In this document: piece by piece, positions 41,701 to 52,205 of the stretch
Layout: each line of letters begins with the position of its first letter
Numbering within the stretch: the stretch's first letter is position 1
Assembly (NCBI GenBank): GCA_963734005.1
Contig: CAVTFS010000012.1
Location: 127,322 to 191,321 of the forward strand
Length of the DNA: 64,000 nt
From: an uncultured Actinomycetota bacterium
GTDB lineage: Bacteria; Actinomycetota; Actinomycetes; Propionibacteriales; Propionibacteriaceae
Direction: 5' to 3'
Notes under the pieces: generated by a model
What the model was told of the DNA's origin: nothing
Database searches by the model: none
The model's input: the letters and a program-made list of their open reading frames with translations, nothing else
Position numbers and translations under genes: made by a program

Positions 41701-42711
41701 TTATGCCTCGCGGGTCTTGGGCGAGCTTTTCAGCGTCTTCGCGGGGTCACGTTCGACGACTGGATCGAGTACTTCGTCGATCTTGCTCAGGAGATCGGCA
41801 TCCAGCTTGACGCCGCTGGCCGCTGCGTTGTCGTGAACTTGTTCGGGTCGCGATGCGCCGATGATCGCGCTTGCGACGTTGTCGTTCTGCAGCACCCAGG
41901 CCACAGCCAGCTGCGCCATTGAAAGCCCGGCCTCTTCAGCCAGCGGCACCAGCCGCTGCACTCGCTCTAGGACCCCATCCCTCATCCACCTCTTGATCAT
42001 GTCAGCGCCGCCCTTCTCGTCGGTGGCTCGCGAATCGGGTGGCGGTTGCTCGCCCGGACGGTACTTTCCGGTGAGCGCACCCTGAGCGATGGGGGAGTAG
42101 ACGACCTGGGAGATACCGAGCTCGATGCACGTCGGTACGATCACACCCTCGATCACCCGCCACAGCATCGAATACTGCGGCTGGTTTGAGATCAACTGGA
42201 AGCCCAGCTGCTCGGCGAGGGCGTGGCCGTCCCGGAGGTGCTCCGCTGTCCACTCGCTGACCCCGACGTAGAGCACCTTGCCCATCCGTACCAGGTCGGC
42301 GAATGCCTGCATGGTCTCTTCGAGTGGGGTTTCGTAGTCGTAACGGTGCGCCTGGTAAAGATCAAGATAGTCGGTTTGCAGCCGGGTCAGCGATCCGTTG
42401 ATCGACTCCATAAGGTGCTTGCGGGACAGCCCGACGTCGTTGTGCCCCTTCGGCCCGGTAGGACCGAAAACTTTGGTAAGGATCTCCAGCGACTCGCGCC
42501 GCTCGCCCTTCAGTGCCTCGCCGAGCACGGTCTCGGCCCGGGTGTTCGCATACACGTCGGCGGTGTCGAACGTCGTGATGCCGGCATCGAGTGCGGCGCG
42601 TACGCAAGCCTTGGCTTGATCGTTTTCCAGCTGCGAGCCATGCGTCAGCCAGTTCCCGTAGGTGATCTCCGAGATCTTGAAACCCGAGTTGCCGACATAG
42701 CGAAATTCCAT
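41701..42711 (-). CDS. Aldo/keto reductase (Kv-beta/Tas-like)
   Basis: GITTFDTADVY, DLYQAHR, SNQPQYS, SPIAQG.LTGKY. Confidence 0.92.
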   Translation of the reverse strand: MEFRYVGNSGFKISEITYGNWLTHGSQLENDQAKACVRAALDAGITTFDTADVYANTRAETVLGEALKGERRESLEILTKVFGPTGPKGHNDVGLSRKHLMESINGSLTRLQTDYLDLYQAHRYDYETPLEETMQAFADLVRMGKVLYVGVSEWTAEHLRDGHALAEQLGFQLISNQPQYSMLWRVIEGVIVPTCIELGISQVVYSPIAQGALTGKYRPGEQPPPDSRATDEKGGADMIKRWMRDGVLERVQRLVPLAEEAGLSMAQLAVAWVLQNDNVASAIIGASRPEQVHDNAAASGVKLDADLLSKIDEVLDPVVERDPAKTLKSSPKTREA

Positions 42712-42747
42712 CGTCGTCCCCTGCCTGTTGATCAAAATTGCGAGTGG

Positions 42748-43176
42748 TTAGGTCTTGGGCGTTAGGACTGCCATAGGTATCTGGCGCTCGACCTTCTGCT
42801 GGTAGTCGGCGAAGAAGGGTGCGCGGACGAGCAGCTGCTGCCACAGGACTTCACGCTCCGCTCCTTCAGTGACTTCCACGCTGACGGGAAGATGTCGTCG
42901 CCCGACCTCGATTTCTGCTTGATCGGTGCGGCGCAGGTTCTTGAACCACTGAGGCTCTTTTGCGGATCCACCGGCTGAACCGGTCACCACGTACTTGCCA
43001 TCATCTTCGAGATACAAGACGGGGTTGGTGTGCTTGTCGCCGGTCTTACGGCCGGCGACGGTGATCAACAGGACTGGCATCCCGCGAACCTTGCCCATCA
43101 ATCTGCCCCCGGACACGCGATAGAGGCCGTTGCTCATCGCCCTTCCCGCACGCACCAAGGTCTTCGGGACGGCCAT
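42748..43176 (-). CDS. Deazaflavin (F420)-dependent nitroreductase family (Ddn-like)
   Basis: LLITVAGRKTG, GSAGGS..PQWFKNL, YQQK.ERQIP. Confidence 0.88.
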   Translation of the reverse strand: MAVPKTLVRAGRAMSNGLYRVSGGRLMGKVRGMPVLLITVAGRKTGDKHTNPVLYLEDDGKYVVTGSAGGSAKEPQWFKNLRRTDQAEIEVGRRHLPVSVEVTEGAEREVLWQQLLVRAPFFADYQQKVERQIPMAVLTPKT

Positions 43177-43223
43177 GTCGGCAATCCTCTCATCTGTGTC
43201 TCATTTGCATTGAACACATGTCC

Positions 43224-43517
43224 CTAGTGGCCCGCCAGCGGGTTTGAGTACGGCGATGACGATGGCAATTGCGAGGACTCCGAAGCCGAAGAGCACGCGC
43301 GTACGCGGCCATGCTCGGCGCCGCGGGCAGCCAAATAGCCGACCGCACCGATGATGCCGGCGCAGGTGTAACGGGCCCAGTCGAGTTCGCTTTCGGTCGA
43401 GGCCAGCAGAATCACATAGAGGGCCATCGTCCAGCCCTCCTTGCGTAATTGATCACGGTGTACGTGGTCGGCCTCGGCGGCGGATACAACCGGCGGTATT
43501 GCAGAGTCTTCGGACAC
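43224..43517 (-). pseudogene. Degenerate small membrane protein remnant
   Basis: RKEGWTMALYV followed by short hydrophobic stretches; appears internally deleted. Confidence 0.3.
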
Positions 43518-43864
43518 AGCCCGATCGTGGCACGCGAAGCGGTCCTCGCGGCTCTCGCCTTGGAACCGGCAAGTTCCGCAGGAGTCAGCGAGGTTTGGTG
43601 GCGATAGCCTTACAGAGGTGCTTTCTTCGGGGTCGGCCCGGCCACTGATCCTGGATCAGGCTGCTGTTGCCACCCCTGAGCGACGCCGAGCGCGGAATAC
43701 CTCGTCTAACCGATCTTGAGCGCATTCGGGCAGCTGTCATCACCGTACGGAGCAAGATCAACTCGAAGGGCAACGCCGTCGCTGAGTTAGGTGTCCGGTA
43801 AGCGGCTGCAGCTTCGACGTCACCGTGAAGGCGCCAAGGCAGGTGCCGCCGAAAGGAGAGGGAC

Positions 43865-44281
43865 ATGAAGTACATGATCTTGACGTACGCGTCACAGCAG
43901 GACTACGACGGAATGGCCGGCCAGGCCAGCGATCTGCCGGCGTGGTCGCCGGAGGATTTCGCCGCGATGGCTGCCTTCATGGGAGCGTTCAACACCGAGC
44001 TTGCCGAGGCCGGCGAGCTCGTCGAGACCCGGGCGCTGGCAGCGCCGGTGCACACCAGGCGACTAGGTGCGCAGAACGGCGCGCCGTTCGTGACCGATGG
44101 CCCGTACGCCGAGACCCAGGAGGTGCTCGCCGGTTACTGGATCGTGGAGTGCGAGAGCTTCGACCGAGCGACGGAGATCGCCGGCCGGCTGGCGGCCTGC
44201 CCCGCACCGGAACATGTCGTCGCCAACGCCTACGCCGATGTCCGGCCGATCATGGAATCGGCTGCCGACATCACCGACTGA
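43865..44281 (+). CDS. YciI/DGPF family protein
   Basis: MKYMIL, VTDGPYAETQEVLAGYWIV, VRPI. Confidence 0.92.
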   Translation: MKYMILTYASQQDYDGMAGQASDLPAWSPEDFAAMAAFMGAFNTELAEAGELVETRALAAPVHTRRLGAQNGAPFVTDGPYAETQEVLAGYWIVECESFDRATEIAGRLAACPAPEHVVANAYADVRPIMESAADITD

Positions 44282-44287
44282 CCTAGA

Positions 44288-45532
44288 GTGCCCGGGACTG
44301 ATGTCGAGAACCTGCTGCGTCAATTGGCCCCGCAGGTTCTCGGCGCCGTCGTGCGCCGCTACGGCAACTTCGACACCGCTGAGGACGCCGTACAAGAGGC
44401 AATGCTGGCGGCCGCAACCCAGTGGCCGAACGACGGTGTCCCGGACAACCCGAAGGGCTGGTTGATAACGGTCGCAGCCCGCCGGCTGACCGATTTGCTG
44501 CGCAGCGAACAGGCTCGCCGGCGCCGCGAAGACACGGTGGCTCGTTGGGAACTTCCCCGGCATCAACCTGACACCGCCGACAGCCCGGCTGATTCCGACG
44601 ACACGTTGATCTTGCTGTTCATGTGCTGCCATCCCGCTTTGTCGCCCCCGGCTCAGATCGCACTCACCCTGCGAGCGGTCGGCGGTCTTACCACGGTTGA
44701 GGTCGCCCGTGCCTTCCTCGTTTCGGAGGCGACCATGACCCGTCGGATCACTCGAGCGAAGCAGCAGATCAAAGACAGCGGAATCCCATTTCGGCTGCCC
44801 GCCCCAGTCGAGCGCGCCGAACGACTGGCGTCAGTCCTGCACGTGCTGTACCTGATCTTCACGGAGGGCTACGCCGCCACGACCGGCGCCAGCCTGCATC
44901 GCGTCGAGCTGTCGACGGAAGCTATCCGGCTCACGCGCATGGTCCACAACGTGCTGTCCGACGACGACGAAGTTGCCGGTCTATTGGCGCTCATGCTGCT
45001 CACCGACGCTCGGCGCGCTGCACGTACCACTGCCGGCGGTGAGCTGGTGCCGCTGGCCGAGCAGGACCGCTCCCTTTGGAACACCGATTACATTTCCGAG
45101 GGAGTCGCGTTGATCACCAAGGCGCTGGGCCGCGGGACGGCCGGTCACTATCAGCTTCAGGCGGCCATCGCTGCAATCCACGATGAGGCATCCAGTGCAG
45201 AGGAGACCGACTGGCCGCAGATCAAAGCGCTCTATGAGTTATTGCTGCACATGTCAGACAACCCGATGCTGGCGCTGAATCATGTTGTCGCTGTCGCGAT
45301 GGCCGACGGCCCGACCACTGGGCTTCAGCGACTGGACTCGCTGGCAGGTGACAAGCAGCTCGCCGAAGACCACCGGCTCTACGCGGTACGGGCCCACCTG
45401 CTGGAGATGACGGGTGAGACGGACGCTGCTCGGGAGGCGTACCGGGCCGCAGCCCGCAGGGCCACCAACCTGTCACAGCAGCGCTACCTCAACCGCCAAG
45501 CAGCCAAGCTCGACGACACGAATCCTTCCTGA
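44288..45532 (+). CDS. ECF sigma factor with long TPR-like C-terminal extension (YciI-associated)
   Basis: AEDAVQEA, LLFMCCHPAL, GGLTT.EVARAFLV, YQLQAAIAAIH. Confidence 0.9.
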   Translation: MPGTDVENLLRQLAPQVLGAVVRRYGNFDTAEDAVQEAMLAAATQWPNDGVPDNPKGWLITVAARRLTDLLRSEQARRRREDTVARWELPRHQPDTADSPADSDDTLILLFMCCHPALSPPAQIALTLRAVGGLTTVEVARAFLVSEATMTRRITRAKQQIKDSGIPFRLPAPVERAERLASVLHVLYLIFTEGYAATTGASLHRVELSTEAIRLTRMVHNVLSDDDEVAGLLALMLLTDARRAARTTAGGELVPLAEQDRSLWNTDYISEGVALITKALGRGTAGHYQLQAAIAAIHDEASSAEETDWPQIKALYELLLHMSDNPMLALNHVVAVAMADGPTTGLQRLDSLAGDKQLAEDHRLYAVRAHLLEMTGETDAAREAYRAAARRATNLSQQRYLNRQAAKLDDTNPS

Positions 45533-45560
45533 TCGGCTCAGGTGCTGATCCAGGGGACCA

Positions 45561-45607
45561 ACTTGTCAGAATCTCAGCACCACATATGTGCTGAGATTCT
45601 GACAAGT
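45561..45607. promoter_or_regulatory. Perfect 20-bp-arm inverted repeat upstream of the monooxygenase
   Basis: ACTTGTCAGAATCTCAGCAC-cacatat-GTGCTGAGATTCTGACAAGT. Confidence 0.7.
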
Positions 45608-45641
45608 CGGCATAACGGGTGACGGACCAGGAAGGTCGATC

Positions 45642-46808
45642 ATGAAGGTGATCATTGTCGGAGCAGGGATCGGCGGCCTGACGCTCGCGGTCGCCATGGC
45701 TCAGCTGGCGCCCCGTATTGAGGTGGAGTTGTACGAGCGCGACGCAACAGCCGAGGCACGCCGGAAAGGCTATGCAATCGGTCTGAAAGGGGATGCGGGC
45801 CTCAGCGTGCTTGAGCGACTCGGCTTGTGGGCTGACGTCCTGAGCATTGGCGCCCAGCACGTGACGAACTTCGTGATCACCGACTGTCAGGGGCGTACGC
45901 TGCTGGCCCTCCCATCAGGAAACGGCACGCGGCGCCAGACGTACCGCGTGCAGCGCGATCACCTCCAGTCCGTGCTTGCAGACACGCTGACCACGACACC
46001 TGTGCACTATGGGTACCAAGCCCTCGGTTACGAGACGATCGACACGTGGCACCGGGTAGTCTTCACCGGCGGCCGTCATGTCGACGGCGACGTGGTGGTT
46101 GGCTGTGACGGCTTGGGTTCCGCCCTCCGGCGCCAGCTGGTTGATGATTCACCACACTTCCTTGGGCTGTCGGCGATCACGGGCGATGCAGCCCTCACTG
46201 TTGATGATCCGCTCCTCAGCGGCGGTTACTTCATGACCTTGGGCGACCGCGGCGACTCATTCTTCGGCTACCGCCAGCCCGGTGGAGTCCATTTCTCTTA
46301 CACGTCACAAACCGAGCCTGCACCGCTCGAGTCGACAAGCCAGCCAGACCTACTGCGCCAGGTGCAAGAGGCAACCGCGGACTGGCACCCGCTGATTAGA
46401 GCGATCGTGTCGGCCGCCGATCCGGATTCGATCAAGCCTCGCGGCTACTACGACCGCAATCCAACGAAGCGGGTACGCGATAGCAACGTCTGGCTGATCG
46501 GTGACGCGGCGCATCCGATGAGTCCGTTCCAGGGCCAAGGCGCCAACACCGCGATGCTCGATGCGTTGGACCTTTCCGAACTGCTGGGGTCGGGGAATCT
46601 CGCCGCGGATGCGGATCACCTAGCCGACCGCATCGCAGCGCGCGGTCGTAAGGCCGTGCTCGAGTCGCGCCGCGCCGCACGCCAGTTCCACACCACAGGT
46701 CGTTTTCCGATCATGAATCGCAACATCGGCTTCCGGGTGGCGAACGCTATGATCAACTCGCGTCTGGTACGACATAGGGACGCCCCGACAGTCTCTCCTC
46801 GGACATGA
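45642..46808 (+). CDS. Group A FAD-dependent monooxygenase
   Basis: GAGIGG, VVGCDG, LIGDAAHPMSPFQGQGAN. Confidence 0.9.
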   Translation: MKVIIVGAGIGGLTLAVAMAQLAPRIEVELYERDATAEARRKGYAIGLKGDAGLSVLERLGLWADVLSIGAQHVTNFVITDCQGRTLLALPSGNGTRRQTYRVQRDHLQSVLADTLTTTPVHYGYQALGYETIDTWHRVVFTGGRHVDGDVVVGCDGLGSALRRQLVDDSPHFLGLSAITGDAALTVDDPLLSGGYFMTLGDRGDSFFGYRQPGGVHFSYTSQTEPAPLESTSQPDLLRQVQEATADWHPLIRAIVSAADPDSIKPRGYYDRNPTKRVRDSNVWLIGDAAHPMSPFQGQGANTAMLDALDLSELLGSGNLAADADHLADRIAARGRKAVLESRRAARQFHTTGRFPIMNRNIGFRVANAMINSRLVRHRDAPTVSPRT

Positions 46809-47260
46809 CCGCATCCGACACGGCGGCGGGAACGGTGCCTACCACATCGGCGGTGGTCCGCACGGGGCTGGGGATCCTCGCGGTGTTTCAGGCGATCATC
46901 GGCTTCTGGGCTCTGCTTGCACCCACGCGCTTCTACAGCAGCTTCCCGCTACCCGGGCACCCCTGGGTCTCGCTGCTCCCGCCGTACAACGAGCATCTGG
47001 TGCGTGACGTCGGCGAACTCAGTCTCGCTCTCACCGTGGTGCTCACAGCGGCAGCCGTGATCGGCCAGTGGTTGCTCAGCGCGGTGGCGGTGGCCGCGAT
47101 CGCCGTGTACGCCGTGCCGCATGCGATCTTCCACTTCCTTCACCTGCAGGGCTTCCCCACCTCGGATGCGATCGCCCAGACGGTAGGGATCGCGCTCCAC
47201 CTTGTAGTGATTGCAGTCGTGGCCCTGCTCCTGTGGCGGCAAGGACACCGCTCGGCCTGA
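46805..47260 (+). CDS. Hypothetical 4-TM membrane protein
   Basis: PPYNEHLVRDVG motif, His-rich PHAIFHFLH; ATGA-coupled. Confidence 0.75.
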   Translation: MTASDTAAGTVPTTSAVVRTGLGILAVFQAIIGFWALLAPTRFYSSFPLPGHPWVSLLPPYNEHLVRDVGELSLALTVVLTAAAVIGQWLLSAVAVAAIAVYAVPHAIFHFLHLQGFPTSDAIAQTVGIALHLVVIAVVALLLWRQGHRSA

Positions 47261-47299
47261 CGCTTCAACAGCGCCAGGCAAGACTCAACTGCCGGGTCG

Positions 47300-50020
47300 C
47301 TAAGCGAGCATCTCCAGCGCTTTGGAGGTGTACACGCGATAGCCGAGGGCTGGCTGATAGCCATGGATCTCGGGGGTGTCGAGGCTCCGCATGAAGGACA
47401 GGATCTCTCTGCTGAAGATCTGGCCGGGCACCAGCACCGGGAAGCCCGGCGGGTATGGGGTTACAAAGGTAGCCGAGACGACTGATTCGCCGGATTCCAT
47501 CCGTTGCTCGACATCGTCCGCCGGCAGGTACTCGCACAGCATGTGGTCGTAGGACAAGAAGAAGGCCTTGCGGACGTCACCCTCCGGCGTCGGCGGATCA
47601 CTCTGGCTGAGGAACGCCGGGTGGAAGCCGCTGAAGTCCGGCAACGGAGCGGTGGGATTCGTCAGGTGCAGCACGGCGCGCTCGAACACTGCTCGCTCGG
47701 CCAGGTTCATCTCGGCCGCCTGATTGTCGATATCCCGCGCGATGCTGACCAGAACTTCGATGAGATAGGCGACCGAGCTGCGTGTGGTGCCGATGTTGGT
47801 CATGAACAAGACGGTGTTGCGCGAGGTCTTGTTGATCTGGATCCCGAACTTGTCCATAAGGCGCTCGCGTTTGAAGGTCGCCCCGTCGACGCCGGTGAGC
47901 CCGATATAGACCGTCACCCGCGATGGGTCCAGCACGAATTCGTCTTGCTCCCAGGCTGTGACCATGTTGCTGAGACCGGTTCGCAGCGGCTGCGCGATGC
48001 CGGAGGCTCGATACTTCTCCGGAATCATTTCCGCCGTGCTCAGGCAGTGCATGTACTTGCTCAGCAACGGATGGTGATCAATCGCGTCACGCAGCTTCAT
48101 GGCGTACTCGAGCTGCCGTTGTACGAGCTCGAAACCCTCCAGCGCTGCCTGCCGCCGACCAAGATCAAGAGAGGCCAGGATCTGGTAGTTGGGCGAGGTG
48201 GAGGTATGCGCCATGTAGGCCTCGTGGAAGCCCTCCACCACTTTCAGCGCGAAGTCTTGATCGTAAACGTGGATCATTGACCCCTGACGGAGCGCCGTCA
48301 GCGTCTTGTGCGTCGAGTGAGTCGCGTACACCCGGACTCGAGCTCGTGCCGGATCGGGGCTGAGACGTTGGCTGAGCAGCGCTTCGGTACTTTCGTCACG
48401 GGGCAGGCTCGCCTCGTACTGCCCGCGGTACGTTGGTGAGCGCAGTTTGTCGGCCAGGGTACGGGCCGCCTCCATCGCAGTACGCGGCCGATAGACATGG
48501 TGGAAGCGCGCGAACGCGAACCACGCCTCGTCCCACAGGAACACCAGATCCGGCTTGATCGCCAGGCATTCCTCCATGACCCGGCTGACGTCGTAAACGA
48601 TGCCGTCGAAGGTGCAGTTGGTGAGCATCAAGAGCTTGACCCGGTCCAGCTTGCCAGCGGCCCGGAGCGCAAGGAGTTTGGATTTGATCTCCAGTAGCGG
48701 AACCGCGCCATACATCGAGTACTCGTTGAGTGGGTACGCGTCGAGGTAGCTGACCTCGGCACCGGCCAGCATCAGCCCGTAATGGTGCGATTGGTGACAA
48801 TTGCGGTCCACGAGAACGATGTCGCCAGGCGCGAGCAATGCCTGAGCGACGATCTTGTTGGCTGTGGACGTTCCGTTCGTGACGAAGAAGGTCTGACGGG
48901 AGCCGAAGGCTGCGGCTGCCAGCTGCTGGGCCTCGCGGAGCGGCCCGGTCGGCTCGAGCAGCGAATCGAGCCCGCCGGTGGTTGCTGAGGTTTCGGCAAG
49001 GAAGATCTCCAAGCCGTAGAAGCCGACCATGTCGCGGATCCAGTGTGAGTTGACGATCGACTTGCCTTGCGAGATCGGCAACGCATGGAACACTCCAGTC
49101 GGCCGCTGACTATAGGTACGGAGAGCCTCGAAGAACGGGGTGCGATAACGCTCTGCCACGCCGGCGAGGATGGTCAGGTGCAGCTCGAGTGCACCTTCGC
49201 GGGCGTGGAAGACGCGACGGAAGTGGTGGCTCACCTGACCGGCGACGTCTTCGACAGCTATTTCGCTCATCAGGTACATGTCGACTTCGGGCCGGATCTG
49301 GGCCAAGCGCGGTGCCAGAATCTGCGCTCGCTCATCGGGGGAGTGATCCGCAAGATCATTTGACAGCGTCGCGTCGGCAAAGTTGGCAAGACTGGTGAGA
49401 TCCCACACCGCGGCGTGTGAGAAGCGTCTCCTGATCACGCAGGCTTGGATGTTCGCGTTGAGTCGCATCGCGACGGCTGCCTCAACGCCGCTACCAACGA
49501 TGACGAAGTCGTAGATGAACGGATCTCCCGGGCGGCGCCAACTGTGGACCTCCTCGCGGAGTTGCTCCTCCTGCGCGGGCGACATGGTCTCAACAACCAG
49601 AACCTCGAAGTATGGCCGGCTGGAGTTCTCGTGGGATACCCCGAACACCATGTCGTCGTCATCGGCTCGATGCTCCGCGTAGGCGATGTTGTCGAGCGAA
49701 CCCGTACGGTATGACTCGGTGACCAGAGCCCGGTTGATCCGAGACACCAGCCGTCCAAGCCGTTCCCAGCTTCCGGCTGCCGCAAGCTCCTGGACGACAC
49801 CGAATGCGGCGTGGCCGGGAAACGCCCAGAACTGTTCCAGCGGTGCCAAGGCCGTACATTGCTCGTGGACGGCATCGGTCATCTGCTGGTCGATCGCCTT
49901 GCCACGCCGTCGTGATGAGTTGATCCGCGCGGTTGCTTCCTCCAACCGCGACCACGAATCGTTGCGGAACTGCCACCAGCTGTTGTACGCGTCCGCACGG
50001 GCTTGATCGACCATGATCAA
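47300..50020 (-). CDS. PLP-dependent Orn/Lys/Arg decarboxylase (large mycobacterial Adi-like type)
   Basis: VTNGTSTANK, DRNCHQSHH, WDEAWF, THSTHKT (PLP lysine), HTSTSPNY, PYPPGFP. Confidence 0.9.
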   Translation of the reverse strand: MIMVDQARADAYNSWWQFRNDSWSRLEEATARINSSRRRGKAIDQQMTDAVHEQCTALAPLEQFWAFPGHAAFGVVQELAAAGSWERLGRLVSRINRALVTESYRTGSLDNIAYAEHRADDDDMVFGVSHENSSRPYFEVLVVETMSPAQEEQLREEVHSWRRPGDPFIYDFVIVGSGVEAAVAMRLNANIQACVIRRRFSHAAVWDLTSLANFADATLSNDLADHSPDERAQILAPRLAQIRPEVDMYLMSEIAVEDVAGQVSHHFRRVFHAREGALELHLTILAGVAERYRTPFFEALRTYSQRPTGVFHALPISQGKSIVNSHWIRDMVGFYGLEIFLAETSATTGGLDSLLEPTGPLREAQQLAAAAFGSRQTFFVTNGTSTANKIVAQALLAPGDIVLVDRNCHQSHHYGLMLAGAEVSYLDAYPLNEYSMYGAVPLLEIKSKLLALRAAGKLDRVKLLMLTNCTFDGIVYDVSRVMEECLAIKPDLVFLWDEAWFAFARFHHVYRPRTAMEAARTLADKLRSPTYRGQYEASLPRDESTEALLSQRLSPDPARARVRVYATHSTHKTLTALRQGSMIHVYDQDFALKVVEGFHEAYMAHTSTSPNYQILASLDLGRRQAALEGFELVQRQLEYAMKLRDAIDHHPLLSKYMHCLSTAEMIPEKYRASGIAQPLRTGLSNMVTAWEQDEFVLDPSRVTVYIGLTGVDGATFKRERLMDKFGIQINKTSRNTVLFMTNIGTTRSSVAYLIEVLVSIARDIDNQAAEMNLAERAVFERAVLHLTNPTAPLPDFSGFHPAFLSQSDPPTPEGDVRKAFFLSYDHMLCEYLPADDVEQRMESGESVVSATFVTPYPPGFPVLVPGQIFSREILSFMRSLDTPEIHGYQPALGYRVYTSKALEMLA

Positions 50021-50060
50021 CTCCTAGAGCCTGAAGCCCCGACCACCACTTAGCGCGACA

Positions 50061-51167
50061 CTAGACCGCGCCGTCGGTGCTGATCAACACCAGCGCACTC
50101 TCGTCACTGATCGCCAGTGTCGTGCGATGACCGGAATCGCCGAGCGCTACCTGTACGCCGGCCAGCGATGAGCCGCCACAGGCTCCAGCGGCGACCCCGA
50201 GTTCGTTCAGCCGGCGCATCGCTGCTTCGGCCTCCTCGTCAATGACTGCGACTGCTGCATCTAGACCGTCGCGGATGGCGCGCCAAGCGATTGTGGATAC
50301 GGTCCCGCAGTTGAGCGCAGCCATGAGCGTGGGCTCGGAGGTGTCCGCGCTGACCCGCCTGCCCACGGCGAGACTGGCCGTGACGCAGGCGGCAGTGAGG
50401 GGCTCGACAGCGAGCACGGCCGACTGCTGTTGACGAGCCGGGCGGCGATAGTGCTGCAACGCAGCCTGTAGCAGCGACCCCACGCCGGTGGGCACGGCCA
50501 CGAGATGGATGCCTCTCGCGCCGATCTGTTCGTCGATTTCATCGAACAAGGTGCCGTAGCCGTCCACGATCCAGTGTGGGATCTGCTCATAGCCCTCCCA
50601 TGCGGTGTCCTGGATGAGCAGGTCGTTGCGATGACCAGCGGTCGAGCATGCGGCGGCCCACACCACTTCGTCGTAGACCAGGTCAGTATGAACAACCTCG
50701 GCACCTTCGCTGCTGATTGCCTCCACCGTCTCTTTGGCCGTTCCCGCGGGAATGTAGATGCGCGCTGCCAGCCCCAGTAGCGCGGCCATACGCGCTACAG
50801 CGCGACCGTGGTTTCCATCGGTCGCTGTCACCAGAGTTACCGGCGCCGAACGCTCCCGCAGCTCGGCCAGGCTTGCCGCCGGTGCGGCGAACCCGCTGCG
50901 CTGGCTCAACGCGCGGTTCACGGCCCAGGACGCACCAAGGATCTTGAAGGCCGGCAACCCGAGACGGTTGGACTCGTCCTTGACCAGCACGGCCTCGACG
51001 CCGAGCTCGTCGGCCAGTTCCGGAAGTTCTACCAGTGGCGTTGGTCGGTAGGCGGGCATCGATGTGTGGAATTCCCTCGCCATGCCTCGGACGTACGCGG
51101 AGGTCCAACTCCGCGCCCCGTCACGTGAGGCCCATCGGAAGCTGCTGTCTGAGGAGGTGGTCATCAC
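50061..51167 (-). CDS. Diaminopropionate ammonia-lyase-like PLP enzyme
   Basis: KDESNRLGLPAFKILGASWA, ATDGNHGRAVA, QDTAWEGY. Confidence 0.85.
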   Translation of the reverse strand: MMTTSSDSSFRWASRDGARSWTSAYVRGMAREFHTSMPAYRPTPLVELPELADELGVEAVLVKDESNRLGLPAFKILGASWAVNRALSQRSGFAAPAASLAELRERSAPVTLVTATDGNHGRAVARMAALLGLAARIYIPAGTAKETVEAISSEGAEVVHTDLVYDEVVWAAACSTAGHRNDLLIQDTAWEGYEQIPHWIVDGYGTLFDEIDEQIGARGIHLVAVPTGVGSLLQAALQHYRRPARQQQSAVLAVEPLTAACVTASLAVGRRVSADTSEPTLMAALNCGTVSTIAWRAIRDGLDAAVAVIDEEAEAAMRRLNELGVAAGACGGSSLAGVQVALGDSGHRTTLAISDESALVLISTDGAV

Positions 51168-51246
51168 GACTCCTCGATGGTTGAGGTCTGGAACGCCTTT
51201 GGAATCGTATCCGGGCCTTCAGCCCCCGTCGGCCATGGATATGGCT

Positions 51247-51936
51247 TCACTCCACTGTGAAGGTCAATGCGCTCGGACGCCCAGCCTGCAGGTTTTCGAC
51301 GTGCTCAGTGAAGTTCAGCTGCTCGAACAATGACACCCCGTCCTGGATCGCCGACCGCATCACGCCCTCGCGCCGCTGGATCGTCTCGGCCGCGTCCAAC
51401 GCTGCATCCAACTCCGCGTCGCTCAACACGACGATGCCGTCATCGTCGCCGACCAGAATCTCGCCAGGTCGGACCTCGACGTCGTCCAGGCGAATGGGTT
51501 GTTGGGTAATCGGAAGCCGAGTTGCTCCTGGGGCACGCGGAATCGTGCCTAGGGAGTAGATGGGCAGCGGCAGCTGGGTCAAGGTCGCCGTGTCGCGGCA
51601 CAGACCGTAGACGACAATGCCGGCCATGCCACGCCGCACGGCCTCGGATGCGAAGAGCTCACCAAGAACGGCGTGCTCGGTGGTGCCCGCGTCGACAACC
51701 AGGATGTCGCCAGGACCGCACTGCTCCAGACCAGCGAGCACCGGCACCAAGTCAGCGGATGCGGCGACTGTGACCGCCCTGCCTACCATGCGCATGCCGC
51801 GACGGTACGGGCGGAGCTCGCGTGGCAGAATGCGCAGCCCTTTGTTCGCGTCGGAAAGACTCGCGGCATCGAGCTGCCAGACTTGCGGCGGTATCTCGGG
51901 CACACTCACGGGCACGTCTCCTTCTGGTGTGATCAT
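51247..51936 (-). CDS. RraA / HMG-CHA aldolase family protein
   Basis: VGRAVTV, AVLGEL, GIVVYG..RD, VRPGEILVGDDDGIVV. Confidence 0.85.
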   Translation of the reverse strand: MITPEGDVPVSVPEIPPQVWQLDAASLSDANKGLRILPRELRPYRRGMRMVGRAVTVAASADLVPVLAGLEQCGPGDILVVDAGTTEHAVLGELFASEAVRRGMAGIVVYGLCRDTATLTQLPLPIYSLGTIPRAPGATRLPITQQPIRLDDVEVRPGEILVGDDDGIVVLSDAELDAALDAAETIQRREGVMRSAIQDGVSLFEQLNFTEHVENLQAGRPSALTFTVE

Positions 51937-52060
51937 CTTTCCTGTTTGATCTTGCGCCAGCCGCCTGCCCGGTTGTTGGCGATGATCTGCCGGAACATCT
52001 CACTGAGGGCTTGGGTGTTGATCATCTCGTCTGGGCGGTAATGATCCCTTCCGGATCCGG
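51933..52060 (-). pseudogene. C-terminal remnant resembling a DUF1801-type protein
   Basis: INTQALSEMFRQIIANNRAGGWRKIK, ATGA-coupled to the RraA gene; no matching N-terminus. Confidence 0.5.
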
Positions 52061-52205
52061 AACTATCGCGCCATCGTAAAGGAAGACGTTGACGTGATCC
52101 TTTGCGGCCAGGTCGATGTACGCGTCGACCCGCGGATCTTGCTCGTACGTCACTGTTGCAACATATGCGAAGCGTCAGGAAACCGTGCAGAACAGGAGGA
52201 TCCCA

